Positions 47,436-58,223 of a stretch of 64,000 nucleotides of DNA are shown here, piece by piece (position 1 is the stretch's first letter; every line of letters starts with the position of its first letter). The DNA comes from Candidatus Hydrogenedentota bacterium (GTDB lineage Bacteria; Hydrogenedentota; Hydrogenedentia; Hydrogenedentales; SLHB01): contig JARKSN010000313.1 in the NCBI GenBank assembly GCA_029974275.1, forward strand, positions 2,855 to 66,854, given 5' to 3'. Under the pieces are notes generated by a model, which was not told the DNA's origin, searched no databases, and was given only the letters and a program-made list of their open reading frames with translations. A program made the position numbers and the translations under genes.

Positions 47436-47644
47436 GTGAAAAGTTGGAACGTAGTGCGCGAGCATCTGGAAGAAAAGGGGAGGAGGCCGCGCCGTTCTTG
47501 GGGAACGGGCGAGGGAACCGCGCCGAAAGGGGGTGAAACGCCGCGCTTTTGAATCAATACTCCATCTGGTGACGCTCAGTAAGAACATGTTTTCGCGTCC
47601 TGACTGAGTGGGTATGGCCAACGTTACAGAGGGAGGTTGCAGCT

Positions 47645-49855
47645 ATGGTACCCGTCAGGAAGGGTCGGCGCGCCGCGGTTTGCCTATGGGGCATGGCGGC
47701 ATTCGCGTCGATCTGCACGCTCTCGCAAGCGCAAGGAGTGAATTTTTCCGTGGACTCCAATGCGGCGGGGCTTTCCGGCTCCGCCGTGGCCGCCGATAAC
47801 CATCCGGCCCACGTCTTTATCGGCGGCGGCGGAACAAACGTTGTGCGCGTTTCGCGAAATGATTTGGGGCTGCTGGCCGGCGACAACGTGGACGCCATTT
47901 CCTTTCCGCAGCAGACGCTGATGGTGGAGCCCACCTATCCGTGGACCGTTATGTGGCATTTCTCCGTGGACCCGCCGACCCAAGGCGCTCCGGGTTCTGC
48001 GGTGAACACGGAACAAGGATTGACGCCGCCCGAAGCGGCAGGCGACGTGTTCGTCGCCACCGGTCCGCCCGCCTTCTCCAACGCCAAAGCGATCGACGAA
48101 TCCGTTTTGGGGCTGGCTGCGCCGGGAGGGCCCGAAGACAATGTAGACGCTCTCGACTTGGATGCTCCCTTTTTGCCGCGTCCACTGCCCAGAGGATCCC
48201 TGTTCTTCTCCCTATCCGCCGGATCCCCCTCCTTACTATCGAGTGGCAGAACCGCCGGCGACATTCTCATGCCCGATGGAATGGGCGGTTTTGAACTGGC
48301 TGTTCCTCCCTTTTTGTGGTCGTCGGGATTGTATCTGCCGAACGGATCGGATGTAAGTCTTGGCATTCCCGGGCAGGACTTGGACGCCCTGTTTCTCGAC
48401 TCGATCCAGTTTCCTTACTTCTCCATCGCCGCGCCGTGGGTGTCGCCCGGCGGCCCCATCGCCCCCGGCGACATCTTGTGCCCCGATGGAACCGGGACAT
48501 TTCCCTTCGCCCCCAAGAATGGCGCAGCCGACATTGTCATCTCGGCTCCGCAATTGGGGCTGACCGTGAACGATAACCTCAATGCGCTGGACGCTCACGG
48601 GACGGTTTTCCCGTCCGAACCTGAGAATCCCGCGAACCAAATGCCGCACATGAACGGGCGCTTCCTCACGCCGGTCCCCGATAACAATCAACCGCCGCTG
48701 AGCGGACGGCCAAATTGGTGTTCCCCCGTGGCGACTCTCAACGTGGTGGAGTTCTGGGAAGTGAACCAGGCGCACGCAAGCGCACAAGGTTTGCTGGACC
48801 CCGCCGATGTGGTCCCCGGGCCGGGCGTACGCCCCGGCAGTTCCACAGCGGATTACATCGGATGGTTCATGGACACCAGCAATCAGGGCAGTCCTGCCCG
48901 CGCCAATCCCGGAAACGGCGGCACGTTGGACATCGACATCATGCCCGGGTTTGACGAGTTCCTGCGGTGGGATAGCGCGAATCTGTTCGGATGGCCCGCC
49001 GCCATGCCCTATGCGAAAACCCAGCACGCATGGGCGCTAGGGTATAGTTTTCGACCCGCTACGGCGGAACCCCAGGCATGGACGGAGCTGACGACCGAGA
49101 TCGATGCGCTACGGACGCTCATCATGTCGTTCGTCATGTGGTCGCTCAAAAATCCCATCCACGTCATGGCGAATGGTTTGGGCGCATCCCCGGTCAGCAT
49201 CACCTTCTACGAATGGGCGCCCCCCGCAGCCGCCGGAAACACCGGTTCCAACACGGAAACATGGGACTTTGGCATGGGGATCGGCCACAGCGTGACGGCT
49301 GTAGGCTATCTCAATGGCGTAGACCCGGACGGGCCAGGTCCTTGGCCGACATGCGACTGGGTGATAGTCCACGACAACTGGTCGAGCACGCCGCGCAACG
49401 TCGCCGTGCCATGGGTGGATTTCTCGAACGCGCCCCCCAACAACCCGGCAACGGTCCTTGGCGATCCTGCCGCTACTAACTGGTGGCGCTCCAACGTCGT
49501 GGCCAGCCTCGGCAATGATTCGGACGGCGACGGAATTCCCGATTCCGTAGAAGGAACGGGCGACTCGGACGGCGACGGAACTCCCGACTATCTCGATCTG
49601 GACAGCGACGATGACGGAATCCCCGATGTCACCGAAGGCTCAAGCGATCCGGACAGCGATGGCGTTCCGAACTACCTTGATTTGGACAGCGACGGTGACG
49701 GCGTGCCCGATTCACTCGAGCGCATCCTCGGCTCCAATCCCTACGACGCCGGCAATCCCACGGAAATACCTGCGGCGCACTGGCTACTGGTGGCGCTGGC
49801 GCTTCTGACGGCAGGGTGGCTACTGGCGCGAAAAAGAAAATCGCCCATGGCGTAA
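47645..49855 (+). CDS. Secreted protein with thrombospondin-type-3 Ca-binding repeats and C-terminal hydrophobic anchor with basic tail (PEP-CTERM-like)
   Basis: Signal peptide [32 protein letters not shown]-terminal repeats [32 protein letters not shown] and [20 protein letters not shown]. Final [32 protein letters not shown]. Confidence 0.65.
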   Translation: MVPVRKGRRAAVCLWGMAAFASICTLSQAQGVNFSVDSNAAGLSGSAVAADNHPAHVFIGGGGTNVVRVSRNDLGLLAGDNVDAISFPQQTLMVEPTYPWTVMWHFSVDPPTQGAPGSAVNTEQGLTPPEAAGDVFVATGPPAFSNAKAIDESVLGLAAPGGPEDNVDALDLDAPFLPRPLPRGSLFFSLSAGSPSLLSSGRTAGDILMPDGMGGFELAVPPFLWSSGLYLPNGSDVSLGIPGQDLDALFLDSIQFPYFSIAAPWVSPGGPIAPGDILCPDGTGTFPFAPKNGAADIVISAPQLGLTVNDNLNALDAHGTVFPSEPENPANQMPHMNGRFLTPVPDNNQPPLSGRPNWCSPVATLNVVEFWEVNQAHASAQGLLDPADVVPGPGVRPGSSTADYIGWFMDTSNQGSPARANPGNGGTLDIDIMPGFDEFLRWDSANLFGWPAAMPYAKTQHAWALGYSFRPATAEPQAWTELTTEIDALRTLIMSFVMWSLKNPIHVMANGLGASPVSITFYEWAPPAAAGNTGSNTETWDFGMGIGHSVTAVGYLNGVDPDGPGPWPTCDWVIVHDNWSSTPRNVAVPWVDFSNAPPNNPATVLGDPAATNWWRSNVVASLGNDSDGDGIPDSVEGTGDSDGDGTPDYLDLDSDDDGIPDVTEGSSDPDSDGVPNYLDLDSDGDGVPDSLERILGSNPYDAGNPTEIPAAHWLLVALALLTAGWLLARKRKSPMA

Positions 49856-49967
49856 TGCATGCACCGGGTCCCTGCAGGCCTTCCTGCGGGGACCCGCGCC
49901 CTTTCGATCCATGAGGAAAGAGGGCGTGGGGCGCGCATTCGCGGAAAACGGCCGTGCGGATCGCGGT

Positions 49968-51863
49968 TTACGCGACGGGATGGCCGCTATGATGCTGCAC
50001 AAAAGCGCGAACGGCGCGCGTGAGAGACGGCGCATCGAGACCGATCTCCGCGAGTTGCTCCTCGCGGGTGGCGTGGTCGATAAAGCGATCGGGAAAGCCG
50101 AGCGTTTTGACGCGAACTCCTGAGCCTTCGAATTTTCCCTCCTGGGAATAGTATTCAAGCACCGATGCGCCCAATCCGCCAAGGAGGGTGTTCTCCTCCA
50201 CCGTCACGATCAACCCGCCCGATAGGCGGTCCAACATGGCCGTATCCAGCGGCTTGACGAACCGGGCATCGACCACCCCTACGGATATGCCCTCCCGCGC
50301 AAGGGCGTCGGCGGCCTCCAAACATGCCGCCAAGCATGGCCCCACGCCCAAGAAGGTCGCGTCCGTCCCTTCGCGCAAGATTTCGGCGCGGGAAATGTCG
50401 CGCCCGTCAGCCGGGCCGATCCGCGGCGCCAATCCGCGGGCATACCGAATCGCCACGGGGCCGGATTGCTCCAACGCCCAGGCCAGTGCCCGCTGCAAAT
50501 CTTGGGCGTCACGCGGCGCCAGCAACGTGAGGTGAGGAATGATGCGCAAAAAAGACAGATCGAAGGCTCCTTGCTGGGTGGGGCTGTCCTCGCCCACCGC
50601 TCCGGCGCGATCGATTGCGAACACGACCGGCAGGCGCTGCAAACAGACGTCGTGCAGCGCTTGGTCAAAGCCTCGCTGCAGAAACGTCGAGTAAATGGCG
50701 CAAATCGGCTTCATGCCCTGCGCCGCCAACCCCGCCGCAAACGTGACGGCGTGTTCCTCGCAAATGCCAACGTCGTATACGCGATCCGGAAATTCTTTTG
50801 CAACCGTCGAAAGACCGGTTCCCGTCGGCATGGCCGCCGTGATGGCCGCCACCTTCGAATCGGCGCGGAACGCCTCCAACGCCGCTTGGGAAAAGGCCTC
50901 CGTAAAGGTCGGACATGGGGGAGAATTTGGCGTGAAGCGTCCCGTGGTGATGTCGAACGCCGCAACGCCATGATAGGTTTGCGGATCTTCTTCCGCAAAA
51001 CTGTACCCTTTTCCCTTTTGTGTCACGACATGAAAAAAAACAGGGCCGTGCAATTTGCGTAGATTCGAAAAACATTCGGTGAGCGTGGGCAAATCGTGGC
51101 CGTCCACCGGGCCCACGTAGCGGAAACCAAGCTGCTCGAACAACGTGCCCGGCGTCAAAAAGCCCTTGACCGTTTGTTCCAAGCGAGACGCCGCCCGCGT
51201 CACGTGTTCGCCCAGCATGCGCTTCATGAAGCTCCCGATGTCTTCCTTGGCGCGCGTGTAGATGCCTGCGGTGATCAAACGGCTGAAATACGACGACAAC
51301 GCCCCGACGTTGGGCGATATCGCCATCCGGTTGTCATTGAGGACGACAAGCAGGTCCTTGCCGAGATGGCCCGCATGCGCCAGCGCTTCAAAGGCCATTC
51401 CCCCTGTCATGGCTCCGTCGCCGATGATCGCAACGACTTTGCGATCGTTTCCCAGCCAATCGTTGGCCACGGTCATGCCGAGGGCCGCCGATATCGAGGT
51501 CGAGCTATGCCCCACGCCAAACGCGTCGTATTCGCTCTCGGAAGGCCGGGGGTAGCCGCTGAGGCCGCCTTTCTTGCGGACGCTGCAAAACCGTTCCCGG
51601 CGTCCGGTAAGCAGCTTGTGCGCGTAGCATTGATGTCCCACATCCCATATCAGCAGATCGTTTGGAGTGTCGTAGACGTAATGCAGCGCGATGGTCAGTT
51701 CCACCACTCCCAAATGCGGCGCCAGATGCCCCCCGTTTACGGCCGCCGTCGCAATGATGGTCCGGCGAACCTCGTCGGCCAACGAGTCCAACTCCTCCGC
51801 CGGAAGCTTTCTCAGATCGATTGGGCTGGCAATAGAATCCAACAATGGCGTGTTGTCCGCCAT
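49968..51863 (-). CDS. dxs: 1-deoxy-D-xylulose-5-phosphate synthase
   Basis: LLDSIASPIDLRKL...GGHLAPHLGVVELTIALHYVYDTPNDLLIWDVGHQCYAHKLLTGRRE: TPP-binding Dxs motifs throughout. Start chosen at MADNTPLL; the ORF-track upstream extension is discarded. Confidence 0.85.
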   Translation of the reverse strand: MADNTPLLDSIASPIDLRKLPAEELDSLADEVRRTIIATAAVNGGHLAPHLGVVELTIALHYVYDTPNDLLIWDVGHQCYAHKLLTGRRERFCSVRKKGGLSGYPRPSESEYDAFGVGHSSTSISAALGMTVANDWLGNDRKVVAIIGDGAMTGGMAFEALAHAGHLGKDLLVVLNDNRMAISPNVGALSSYFSRLITAGIYTRAKEDIGSFMKRMLGEHVTRAASRLEQTVKGFLTPGTLFEQLGFRYVGPVDGHDLPTLTECFSNLRKLHGPVFFHVVTQKGKGYSFAEEDPQTYHGVAAFDITTGRFTPNSPPCPTFTEAFSQAALEAFRADSKVAAITAAMPTGTGLSTVAKEFPDRVYDVGICEEHAVTFAAGLAAQGMKPICAIYSTFLQRGFDQALHDVCLQRLPVVFAIDRAGAVGEDSPTQQGAFDLSFLRIIPHLTLLAPRDAQDLQRALAWALEQSGPVAIRYARGLAPRIGPADGRDISRAEILREGTDATFLGVGPCLAACLEAADALAREGISVGVVDARFVKPLDTAMLDRLSGGLIVTVEENTLLGGLGASVLEYYSQEGKFEGSGVRVKTLGFPDRFIDHATREEQLAEIGLDAPSLTRAVRAFVQHHSGHPVA

Positions 51864-52291
51864 CTGAGGCGAAAGCATGTCCATACAGTCCGCAATTCTC
51901 CCCAAGCGCCTTGCGCCGCCCTGCCGCGACGTGGAGCGCCTTGCTTCCGAACGATCCGCGCCCCATCTGGAACCGCGATATAACGTCGCACGCGCCGGCA
52001 TCTCCGTCACAAAACCTTTTTGCGAAAGCTACTTATACCATATTTCCGGGTCGAAAGGCACGTGCGCGCCGCGGACCGTAGAAGGCAGCGACAATGGCTG
52101 GCGTTTCCGTCGCGACGGTCCAGCCTTCGTCGCGGAGTTTTTTGTTTGGCGAGGCGGATGTCTTTGGCGGTTTGGTCGAGCTTGTAGCCGCAGGAACGGG
52201 GTGTTCTTCCCGGCGCTTGACGGCGCGTTTCAGTGCAACACTCGTGCGCACATGAGTAGGGACATCTTCCAACGCATGAGAGGAAGCCGCT

Positions 52292-52936
52292 ATGTCATGT
52301 CACATCGATCCCGAGACCCATTTGTTGACGGAAACTCCGCACCGGCCCAGTCCCGATTCCGGAGGCGTCATCACACCCGAAGCCATTGTTATCCATTACA
52401 CGGGCGGGGGACGAGCCGCCGGCAGCATCGACTGGTTGACGCGCGCCGATGACGTGTATGTTTCCGCCCATGTCGTGATGGATCGCGACGGCTCCATCAC
52501 GCAGCTTGTTCCCTTTAATCGCCGGGCGTTTCACGCAGGCCGCAGCGCATGGAACGGCCGCTCCGCCCTCAACGATTGGAGCATCGGCATTGAACTCGCC
52601 AATTACGGTGTTTGCTTGGAGCAACCGGACGGAGGCGTTCGCGCGTCTACGGGCGCTGAAATTGCCCGGGGAAGCGCCCTTCGCGCCGCGCAAAAACACG
52701 GCGGGCCTGTTGTCTGGTGGGAACGTTTTCCGGAAGCCCAGATCGATGCCTGTGCGCGGCTCTGCGTCGCATTGATGCGCGCCTATCCCATCGAGCTTGT
52801 TCTGGGACATGACGATGTCGCCCCGGGCCGTAAAGTCGACCCCGGCCCCGCGTTCGACCTGGATGCGTTTCGGGCGCGGGTCGCCGTGTGCGGCGGTTCT
52901 TGCGGGAATGCTCGTTTGGATGCAACGGGGTTGTGA
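52292..52936 (+). CDS. ampD: N-acetylmuramoyl-L-alanine amidase, AmpD-like (amidase_2 family)
   Basis: IVIHYTGGG...SAHVVMDRDGSITQLVPFNRRAFHAGRSAWNGRSALNDWSIGIELAN...VLGHDDVAPGRKVDPGPAFD: zinc-amidase_2/PGRP motifs. Confidence 0.75.
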   Translation: MSCHIDPETHLLTETPHRPSPDSGGVITPEAIVIHYTGGGRAAGSIDWLTRADDVYVSAHVVMDRDGSITQLVPFNRRAFHAGRSAWNGRSALNDWSIGIELANYGVCLEQPDGGVRASTGAEIARGSALRAAQKHGGPVVWWERFPEAQIDACARLCVALMRAYPIELVLGHDDVAPGRKVDPGPAFDLDAFRARVAVCGGSCGNARLDATGL

Positions 52937-52985
52937 GAATTCGGGCCAGGCGTTGCGCGGGGAACGGGCGGGGAAAAAATAGAAA

Positions 52986-53078
52986 TGGCGGAGAGAGCGG
53001 GATTTGAACCCGCGGTACCCCTTGTGAGGGTACACACGCTTTCCAAGCGTGCGCCATCAACCACTCGGCCATCTCTCC
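52986..53078 (-). tRNA. tRNA-Ser (anticodon GGA)
   Basis: Minus-strand sequence GGAGAGATGGCCGAGTGGTTGATGGCGCACGCTTGGAAAGCGTGTGTACCCTCACAAGGGGTACCGCGGGTTCAAATCCCGCTCTCTCCGCCA. 7-bp acceptor stem, anticodon loop TTGGAAA (GGA), long variable arm typical of Ser, T-arm GGTTCAAATCC, encoded CCA. Confidence 0.85.
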
Positions 53079-53226
53079 GCGCCGGAAACGCCGATTTTAG
53101 GCGCCGGGGCGGAATAATGTCAACTTGCCTTTTGGGCGCAGTTGCGTCTTTCCTTGGAAGTGTGGTTTGATGCTGGCGTGTTGAGTGCGGAAAACGTTGT
53201 GAAGGACGTGGCGCGAGGAAGACGAC

Positions 53227-53886
53227 ATGAAGCCGATAGCCGTTTTGACGCTGGTTGCAGCATTGTTGTGGGCGATGACATCGTGCAGCCCGAAGCCTTC
53301 TGGCAGCCCGGCGGCATCGCAGGGAAGCGCCGGAGCGGAGGCGGTGCAGGGAACGATCGAGGAGACGGTTGAAATCGGCGATGTCGAGCAGTCTGTGCTG
53401 TTGTCGCTGACGTTGGCCAGCACGCTCACCGGCCCCAACATCCGCCAGGAGTTGCTCCGGGATCCGCGTCAGATCATCAATTTGGCCCGGGTGTCTGTCA
53501 AGCCTCCGTTTCCGAAGGAGTTGCCTATTTTGTTGACCATTTCTTCGATGCGCACCTTTCCGGATACGCCGGTGGTGTTGCGGGTGCGCGCGTTTGCGGA
53601 TGAGCGGCCGGTTGGCGTTTTTGCGGCGATTGCGGGCCGACACGACACGGGAAATCGGGATGTGTTGTGGACCTTTGATCCGTTGAAGGATGTTCCGGCG
53701 TTTCCCGATACGATGTTGGTCCGGGTGGAGGCGGACGCGTTGTTGATGCCGGCGGGCACGGATCCGGGATCGATTGATCTCCAGACGGCCACGACTTCGC
53801 CCGAGCGCGTCACGAAGCTTATTGGCAATCCGTTGCGCATCCAATTTCACGGGAATGGCGCGCCTGAGGCCCCCGCGGCTTCGTGA
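53227..53886 (+). CDS. Lipoprotein of unknown function
   Basis: MKPIAVLTLVAALLWAMTSC lipobox. No family recognised. Confidence 0.5.
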   Translation: MKPIAVLTLVAALLWAMTSCSPKPSGSPAASQGSAGAEAVQGTIEETVEIGDVEQSVLLSLTLASTLTGPNIRQELLRDPRQIINLARVSVKPPFPKELPILLTISSMRTFPDTPVVLRVRAFADERPVGVFAAIAGRHDTGNRDVLWTFDPLKDVPAFPDTMLVRVEADALLMPAGTDPGSIDLQTATTSPERVTKLIGNPLRIQFHGNGAPEAPAAS

Positions 53887-53975
53887 CATCCCTGCCTGCT
53901 TCACAGCCAACGTCTTGAAAAAGACATCGCCGGAAGGCGTTGCGGCGTTCCCGGCGATGTGATTGGCGCACGGAA

Positions 53976-55211
53976 TCAGTTCTGGACAACGACGTATATC
54001 GGGTTGCTGATCGCGGTTACGCCATCCATGTATGCGTTTCCTGGCCCGGGGTTGGGCGTGGGGATGCGGTGCAGTTCGGGGCGGTAATAGGCGGACGCGG
54101 ACGGCGTGTCGCGGAACGTGTAGGCGTTGGCGCCGCCCAGGAGCGCGGTGAAGCGGAACAAGACGCCGTCTTTGTAGATCAACAGCAAATCGTAGGAAGC
54201 ATACCCCTGTTGGCTCATCCAGTTTTTGATGTCGACAAAGCGAAGCTGGCGGTTTAGAAGGGCCTGGATCGTGGCGTTGTCGAAGTCGATGATGCCGCCG
54301 CCGCCGGGGTTGCCCGCGACGTTGACTTGGAAGGCGATGGGCTGTCCGGCGCAGGCGATTTCGTCGCCCATGCGGGCGTCATCGTACCGGCCGTCCTGGT
54401 TCGCGTCCGCCGCGAATTCGAGGCGCGGTCCGGCCGGATCGTAGGTCACGGAGGCGCGTCCGTTGCGGATGGCTTCCAGGATGGCGGCTCCGGTTCTTGC
54501 CTGGGCATACACCCATGTGGTGGGCTTTCCGAGGCCGCTATATTTGTGTTCGGATCCCCAGAGCCAGGAGTATGCGCCGGTCAACGTGTGGGTGTCGCTG
54601 CCTCCGACGAGCGGCACGCGATTTCCGGCGCGGAGCAGGTCGTCGTAGAAGGCGCGGCCTTGAAAGGCGACGAGGTCTGCTGTGCAAAAGGGAAGGTTCC
54701 AGATTTCGACCGCGTCGGGGAGGTAGGCGAGCGGGTATTTCCAGAGGTGGCTCTCTGGGTGGTTGATGGAGAACAGGGCGCCTTGTTCGGCGGCGGCGGT
54801 TTGGGCGGCGTCGGCGTTGTTTGCGCGGTTGGCGGTCCACAGGGGGCCATAGTTGAACATGGCGTCTTTTAGAATGTTCGCATGGCCTTTCGCGGTGGTC
54901 CATTCCATTCCGTAAAGCAGGATCATCGACGTCGATCGGTAGTTGGCGTTGTGCCATTGTGCGGGATAGCCCATGGTCAGGGGCGAGTTGTCGTGATCGG
55001 TGATGACGTAGTAGTCAAAGCCTAGCGTTTGGGCTTTTTTGATGTGGTCGGAGACGCTGTTGATGCCGTCGCTTTGGTTGGAGTGCGCATGGAGGTCGCC
55101 TTTGAGCCAGACGCCGCCGAATACGGGCGGGTTGTCGGCCCATGCCAGAGACGCAATGAGGAGAAACGCGCTAACGGCTGCCGTAACACGACTGGGCGCA
55201 TGTTGCATGAT
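53976..55211 (-). CDS. PHP-domain metal-dependent phosphoesterase (CehA/McbA-like), secreted
   Basis: Signal peptide MQHAPSRVTAAVSAFLLIASLAWA. GDLHAHSNQSDG is PHP motif I; HPESHLW and GGSDTH are further PHP motifs. Confidence 0.7.
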   Translation of the reverse strand: MMQHAPSRVTAAVSAFLLIASLAWADNPPVFGGVWLKGDLHAHSNQSDGINSVSDHIKKAQTLGFDYYVITDHDNSPLTMGYPAQWHNANYRSTSMILLYGMEWTTAKGHANILKDAMFNYGPLWTANRANNADAAQTAAAEQGALFSINHPESHLWKYPLAYLPDAVEIWNLPFCTADLVAFQGRAFYDDLLRAGNRVPLVGGSDTHTLTGAYSWLWGSEHKYSGLGKPTTWVYAQARTGAAILEAIRNGRASVTYDPAGPRLEFAADANQDGRYDDARMGDEIACAGQPIAFQVNVAGNPGGGGIIDFDNATIQALLNRQLRFVDIKNWMSQQGYASYDLLLIYKDGVLFRFTALLGGANAYTFRDTPSASAYYRPELHRIPTPNPGPGNAYMDGVTAISNPIYVVVQN

Positions 55212-55431
55212 GATGCCCTCTCGGGTTGTTCCCGCGCGGACTTGCGCCCTTTTCTTGCTCAAGCCCCGCCCTCTTCGCTGTGGAGATCATGACACGAATC
55301 CAACACGGAGTATATGTCTAAATATGTGAATTCGTCAAGGGGTTTTCGTTGCGGCGTTGGAGGGGGGGGAGTATACTTTGGGGCGCAACGTTTTCGTCGG
55401 AATGCAAGCATTGGAGAAGGGAAGAGAAGTC

Positions 55432-57102
55432 ATGAGGAGCGATATCGTCAAAAAAGGTTTCGAACGTGCGCCGCACCGCTCGTTGTTGTGGGCGACCGGC
55501 CAGATTCAGTCGGCGGAGGATTTCAGGAAGCCGTTTATCGCGATTTGCAACAGTTTCATCGAGATCATCCCCGGCCACGTGCATTTGAATGAGTTGGGGC
55601 GTCTCGCCAAGGAGGCCGTGCGCGAGGCGGGCGGCGTTCCGTTCGAGTTCAACACGATCGGCGTGGACGACGGGATCGCGATGGGGCATGCGGGCATGAG
55701 CTATAGCTTGCCTTCGCGCGAGTTGATTGCCGACTCGGTGGAGACGGTCATCAAGGCTCACTCGTTCGACGGGATGATTTGCATTCCGAATTGCGACAAG
55801 ATTGTGCCGGGCATGATCATGGGCGCGATGCGCTGCAACATTCCGACGATTTTCGTCTCTGGCGGCCCGATGCTTGCGGGCAAGACGAAGGATGGGAAGA
55901 CGGTTGATTTGATCAGCGTGTTCGAGGGCGTGGGCGCGTATCAGAAGGGCGAGTTGACGGATGAGCAGTTGGACGATCTTGAGCGCAATGCGTGTCCGTC
56001 GTGCGGGTCGTGTTCGGGCATGTTCACGGCGAACTCGATGAATTGCTTGTGCGAAGCGCTGGGCATTGCGTTGCCGGGCAACGGCACCGTTCTCGCCACC
56101 ACCGGGGACCGTCGCGAATTGGTGAAGCAGGCCGCGCGACAGGTTTTGAAGCTTGTCGAAGCCGATCTGAAGCCGCGCGACATCGTCACGCCGAAGTCGA
56201 TCGACAATGCGCTTGCGCTCGACATGGCGATGGGCGGCTCGACCAACACCGTGCTGCACACGTTGGCCATCGCTCATGAAGCGGGCGTGGATTATCCGCT
56301 TGCGCGCATCAATGAGGTGTCCGCGCGGGTGCCGAATATTTGCAAAGTCGCGCCGTCGATTCATTGGCACATGGAAGATGTTCACGCCGCGGGCGGCATC
56401 AGCGCGATTCTCGCCGAACTCGCGAAAAAGCCCGGCGCGTTGCATCTCGATGCGCCGACGGTCACGCTGAAGACCCTTGGCGAGAATATTCAGGGCGCGA
56501 CGAGCACGAACCTGGAAGTCATTCGCGCGCTCGACAACGCCTACAGTCAGACCGGCGGTCTCGCGATCTTGTTCGGCAATCTCGCCCCTGACGGCGCGGT
56601 CGTGAAGGAGGCGGGGGTGGACAAGGCCATCTTGAGGCACACCGGCCCGGCGGTCGTGTTCGAGAGCGAAGAGGAGAGCATGAAGGGCATTCTCGCGGGC
56701 AAGGTGAAGGATGGCGATGTCGTCGTTATTCGTTACGAGGGTCCGAAGGGCGGCCCCGGCATGCGGGAGATGTTGGCGCCGACCTCGGCGGTGATGGGGA
56801 TGGGTCTTGGCAAGTCCGTCAGCCTCATCACGGACGGGCGTTTCTCGGGCGGCACGCGCGGCGCCTGCATCGGGCACGTTAGCCCGGAAGCGGCGGACGG
56901 CGGTCTCATTGCGTTGGTGCGCGACGGCGACCGGATCGAGATCGATATCCCCGCGCGCACGCTCAATCTGAAGCTGTCCGACGCCGAGATTGACGCGCGC
57001 CGCAAGGAAATGCCCGCGGCGCCGGATCGCAAACTGAGCGGTTGGCTCAAGCGTTATCAGCGCATGGTGACCAGCGCGAACACGGGAGCCGTGCTCGAAT
57101 AG
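55432..57102 (+). CDS. ilvD: Dihydroxy-acid dehydratase
   Basis: GGAGAAGGGAAGAGAAG RBS region. [19 protein letters not shown]...[27 protein letters not shown]...[16 protein letters not shown]: IlvD/EDD family 2Fe-2S ligands. Confidence 0.9.
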   Translation: MRSDIVKKGFERAPHRSLLWATGQIQSAEDFRKPFIAICNSFIEIIPGHVHLNELGRLAKEAVREAGGVPFEFNTIGVDDGIAMGHAGMSYSLPSRELIADSVETVIKAHSFDGMICIPNCDKIVPGMIMGAMRCNIPTIFVSGGPMLAGKTKDGKTVDLISVFEGVGAYQKGELTDEQLDDLERNACPSCGSCSGMFTANSMNCLCEALGIALPGNGTVLATTGDRRELVKQAARQVLKLVEADLKPRDIVTPKSIDNALALDMAMGGSTNTVLHTLAIAHEAGVDYPLARINEVSARVPNICKVAPSIHWHMEDVHAAGGISAILAELAKKPGALHLDAPTVTLKTLGENIQGATSTNLEVIRALDNAYSQTGGLAILFGNLAPDGAVVKEAGVDKAILRHTGPAVVFESEEESMKGILAGKVKDGDVVVIRYEGPKGGPGMREMLAPTSAVMGMGLGKSVSLITDGRFSGGTRGACIGHVSPEAADGGLIALVRDGDRIEIDIPARTLNLKLSDAEIDARRKEMPAAPDRKLSGWLKRYQRMVTSANTGAVLE

Positions 57103-57124
57103 GTCGCGAGCGGCAAGGTTTTCA

Positions 57125-57163
57125 GCGCCCGTCTGTCGGATGGCAGACGGGCGCTTTCGTTTT
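57125..57163 (+). terminator. Rho-independent terminator hairpin downstream of ilvD, overlapping the etfA stop codon
   Basis: GCGCCCGTCTG-tcggatgg-CAGACGGGCGC (11-bp perfect stem) followed by TTTCGTTTT. The convergent etfA gene's TAA stop lies in the T-tract (57162-57164). Confidence 0.6.
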
Positions 57164-58175
57164 ATTGCAACAGCGCATTCACGGCGCGCATGACTTCGAA
57201 GGCGTCGGCGACGTAGAGCACGTCGGCTTTGCCGTGGGCCCAGCCGCAGTTGGGGTCGAGGCTGATGGCGCGGCGTTCGTTGATGAAGCGCCAGCCGACG
57301 ACGTGCGGCTCTTCGCCGTGGCAGCAGGTGGACAGGCCTTTGGGGTGGCGCGGCGTGGAGCCGGTCTGGCCGACTTGGTTGAGGTGGGTCATGAAGGGCA
57401 GGACGGCTTGGCCTTCGCCGCTGAGGTCGACGATGGATTTGCTGCCGCCGAGCGAGGCTTGGGTTGCGTTCAGGAACCCGAGAATGATCGACTGGGCATC
57501 GTCGATGTGCGTTTGCCCGTCGGCCTGTTTTTTGGTCCAACCCGCGCCCGCCACGAAAAGCAGTTTCGCCTCGGGACGAATCGTCTGCGCGCCGCTGGAA
57601 GGCGATTGCACGCCCTGGACAACGGTGCGGCGTTGCGCATCGGACAGGTTGGCGGCGACGCGTTCGATGGTTGCCGCCCCCGCCTCTCCGGTCCACGCCG
57701 GGTGGGTGCCGGGGTCGACGCCGATAAGCCATGGGCGTTGTTGGCGCGATTGCACGGCTTCCATGCGTTGGCGGTAATACCAGCGGGTGATCGATGCGCC
57801 TTCGATTTTTGTCGCGTGGAGGTCGGCGGCCCCGCCGAGGCGCGCGGCGGCTCCGGGCAACACGCGGTTCATGCGCGACGTGCCGGGCGCCACGATCAGC
57901 GTCGCGCTCGCCGCCGTGCACAGGGCTGCAATGGCCGCGGCGTCGGTGGCGTAGCGGGGCTGCGCGAAGTCCGCGCCTTCCACTGCGAGCATGCGTTGCG
58001 CGCCGCAGTTGGCCAAGGCGTTCGCGGCCGGTTGCACTCGTTCGCCGATAAGTCCCGCAAGCAACGGCGCGCCTAATGCGGCGGCAAGTTCTTTTGCGGC
58101 GGTCATGGCCTCGCAAGCAGACTTGGCCAACGCGGCGTCGGATTCAGTGTGCGCTATGAAGAGGATCGTTTCCAT
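57162..58175 (-). CDS. etfA: Electron transfer flavoprotein alpha subunit
   Basis: METILFIAHTE... start; FAD-binding C-terminal domain motifs (LLFVAGAGW...). ORF-track N-terminal 11 aa trimmed. Confidence 0.8.
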   Translation of the reverse strand: METILFIAHTESDAALAKSACEAMTAAKELAAALGAPLLAGLIGERVQPAANALANCGAQRMLAVEGADFAQPRYATDAAAIAALCTAASATLIVAPGTSRMNRVLPGAAARLGGAADLHATKIEGASITRWYYRQRMEAVQSRQQRPWLIGVDPGTHPAWTGEAGAATIERVAANLSDAQRRTVVQGVQSPSSGAQTIRPEAKLLFVAGAGWTKKQADGQTHIDDAQSIILGFLNATQASLGGSKSIVDLSGEGQAVLPFMTHLNQVGQTGSTPRHPKGLSTCCHGEEPHVVGWRFINERRAISLDPNCGWAHGKADVLYVADAFEVMRAVNALLQ

Positions 58176-58223
58176 GTTCAGATTCCTACTGTTGGTCCCA
58201 AACCCCATTCGAGGGGTGGCGTG

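Noticed and set aside
52937-53226. Possible integrated element at the tRNA-Ser gene
   Set aside because: tRNA genes are common integration sites, but there is no integrase, direct repeat of the tRNA 3' end, or compositional shift on either side. Flanking genes (ampD, a lipoprotein) look native.
55318-58116. 932-aa minus-strand ORF spanning ilvD and etfA
   Set aside because: Antisense to ilvD (unambiguous) and out of frame with etfA. Low-complexity Arg-rich translation.
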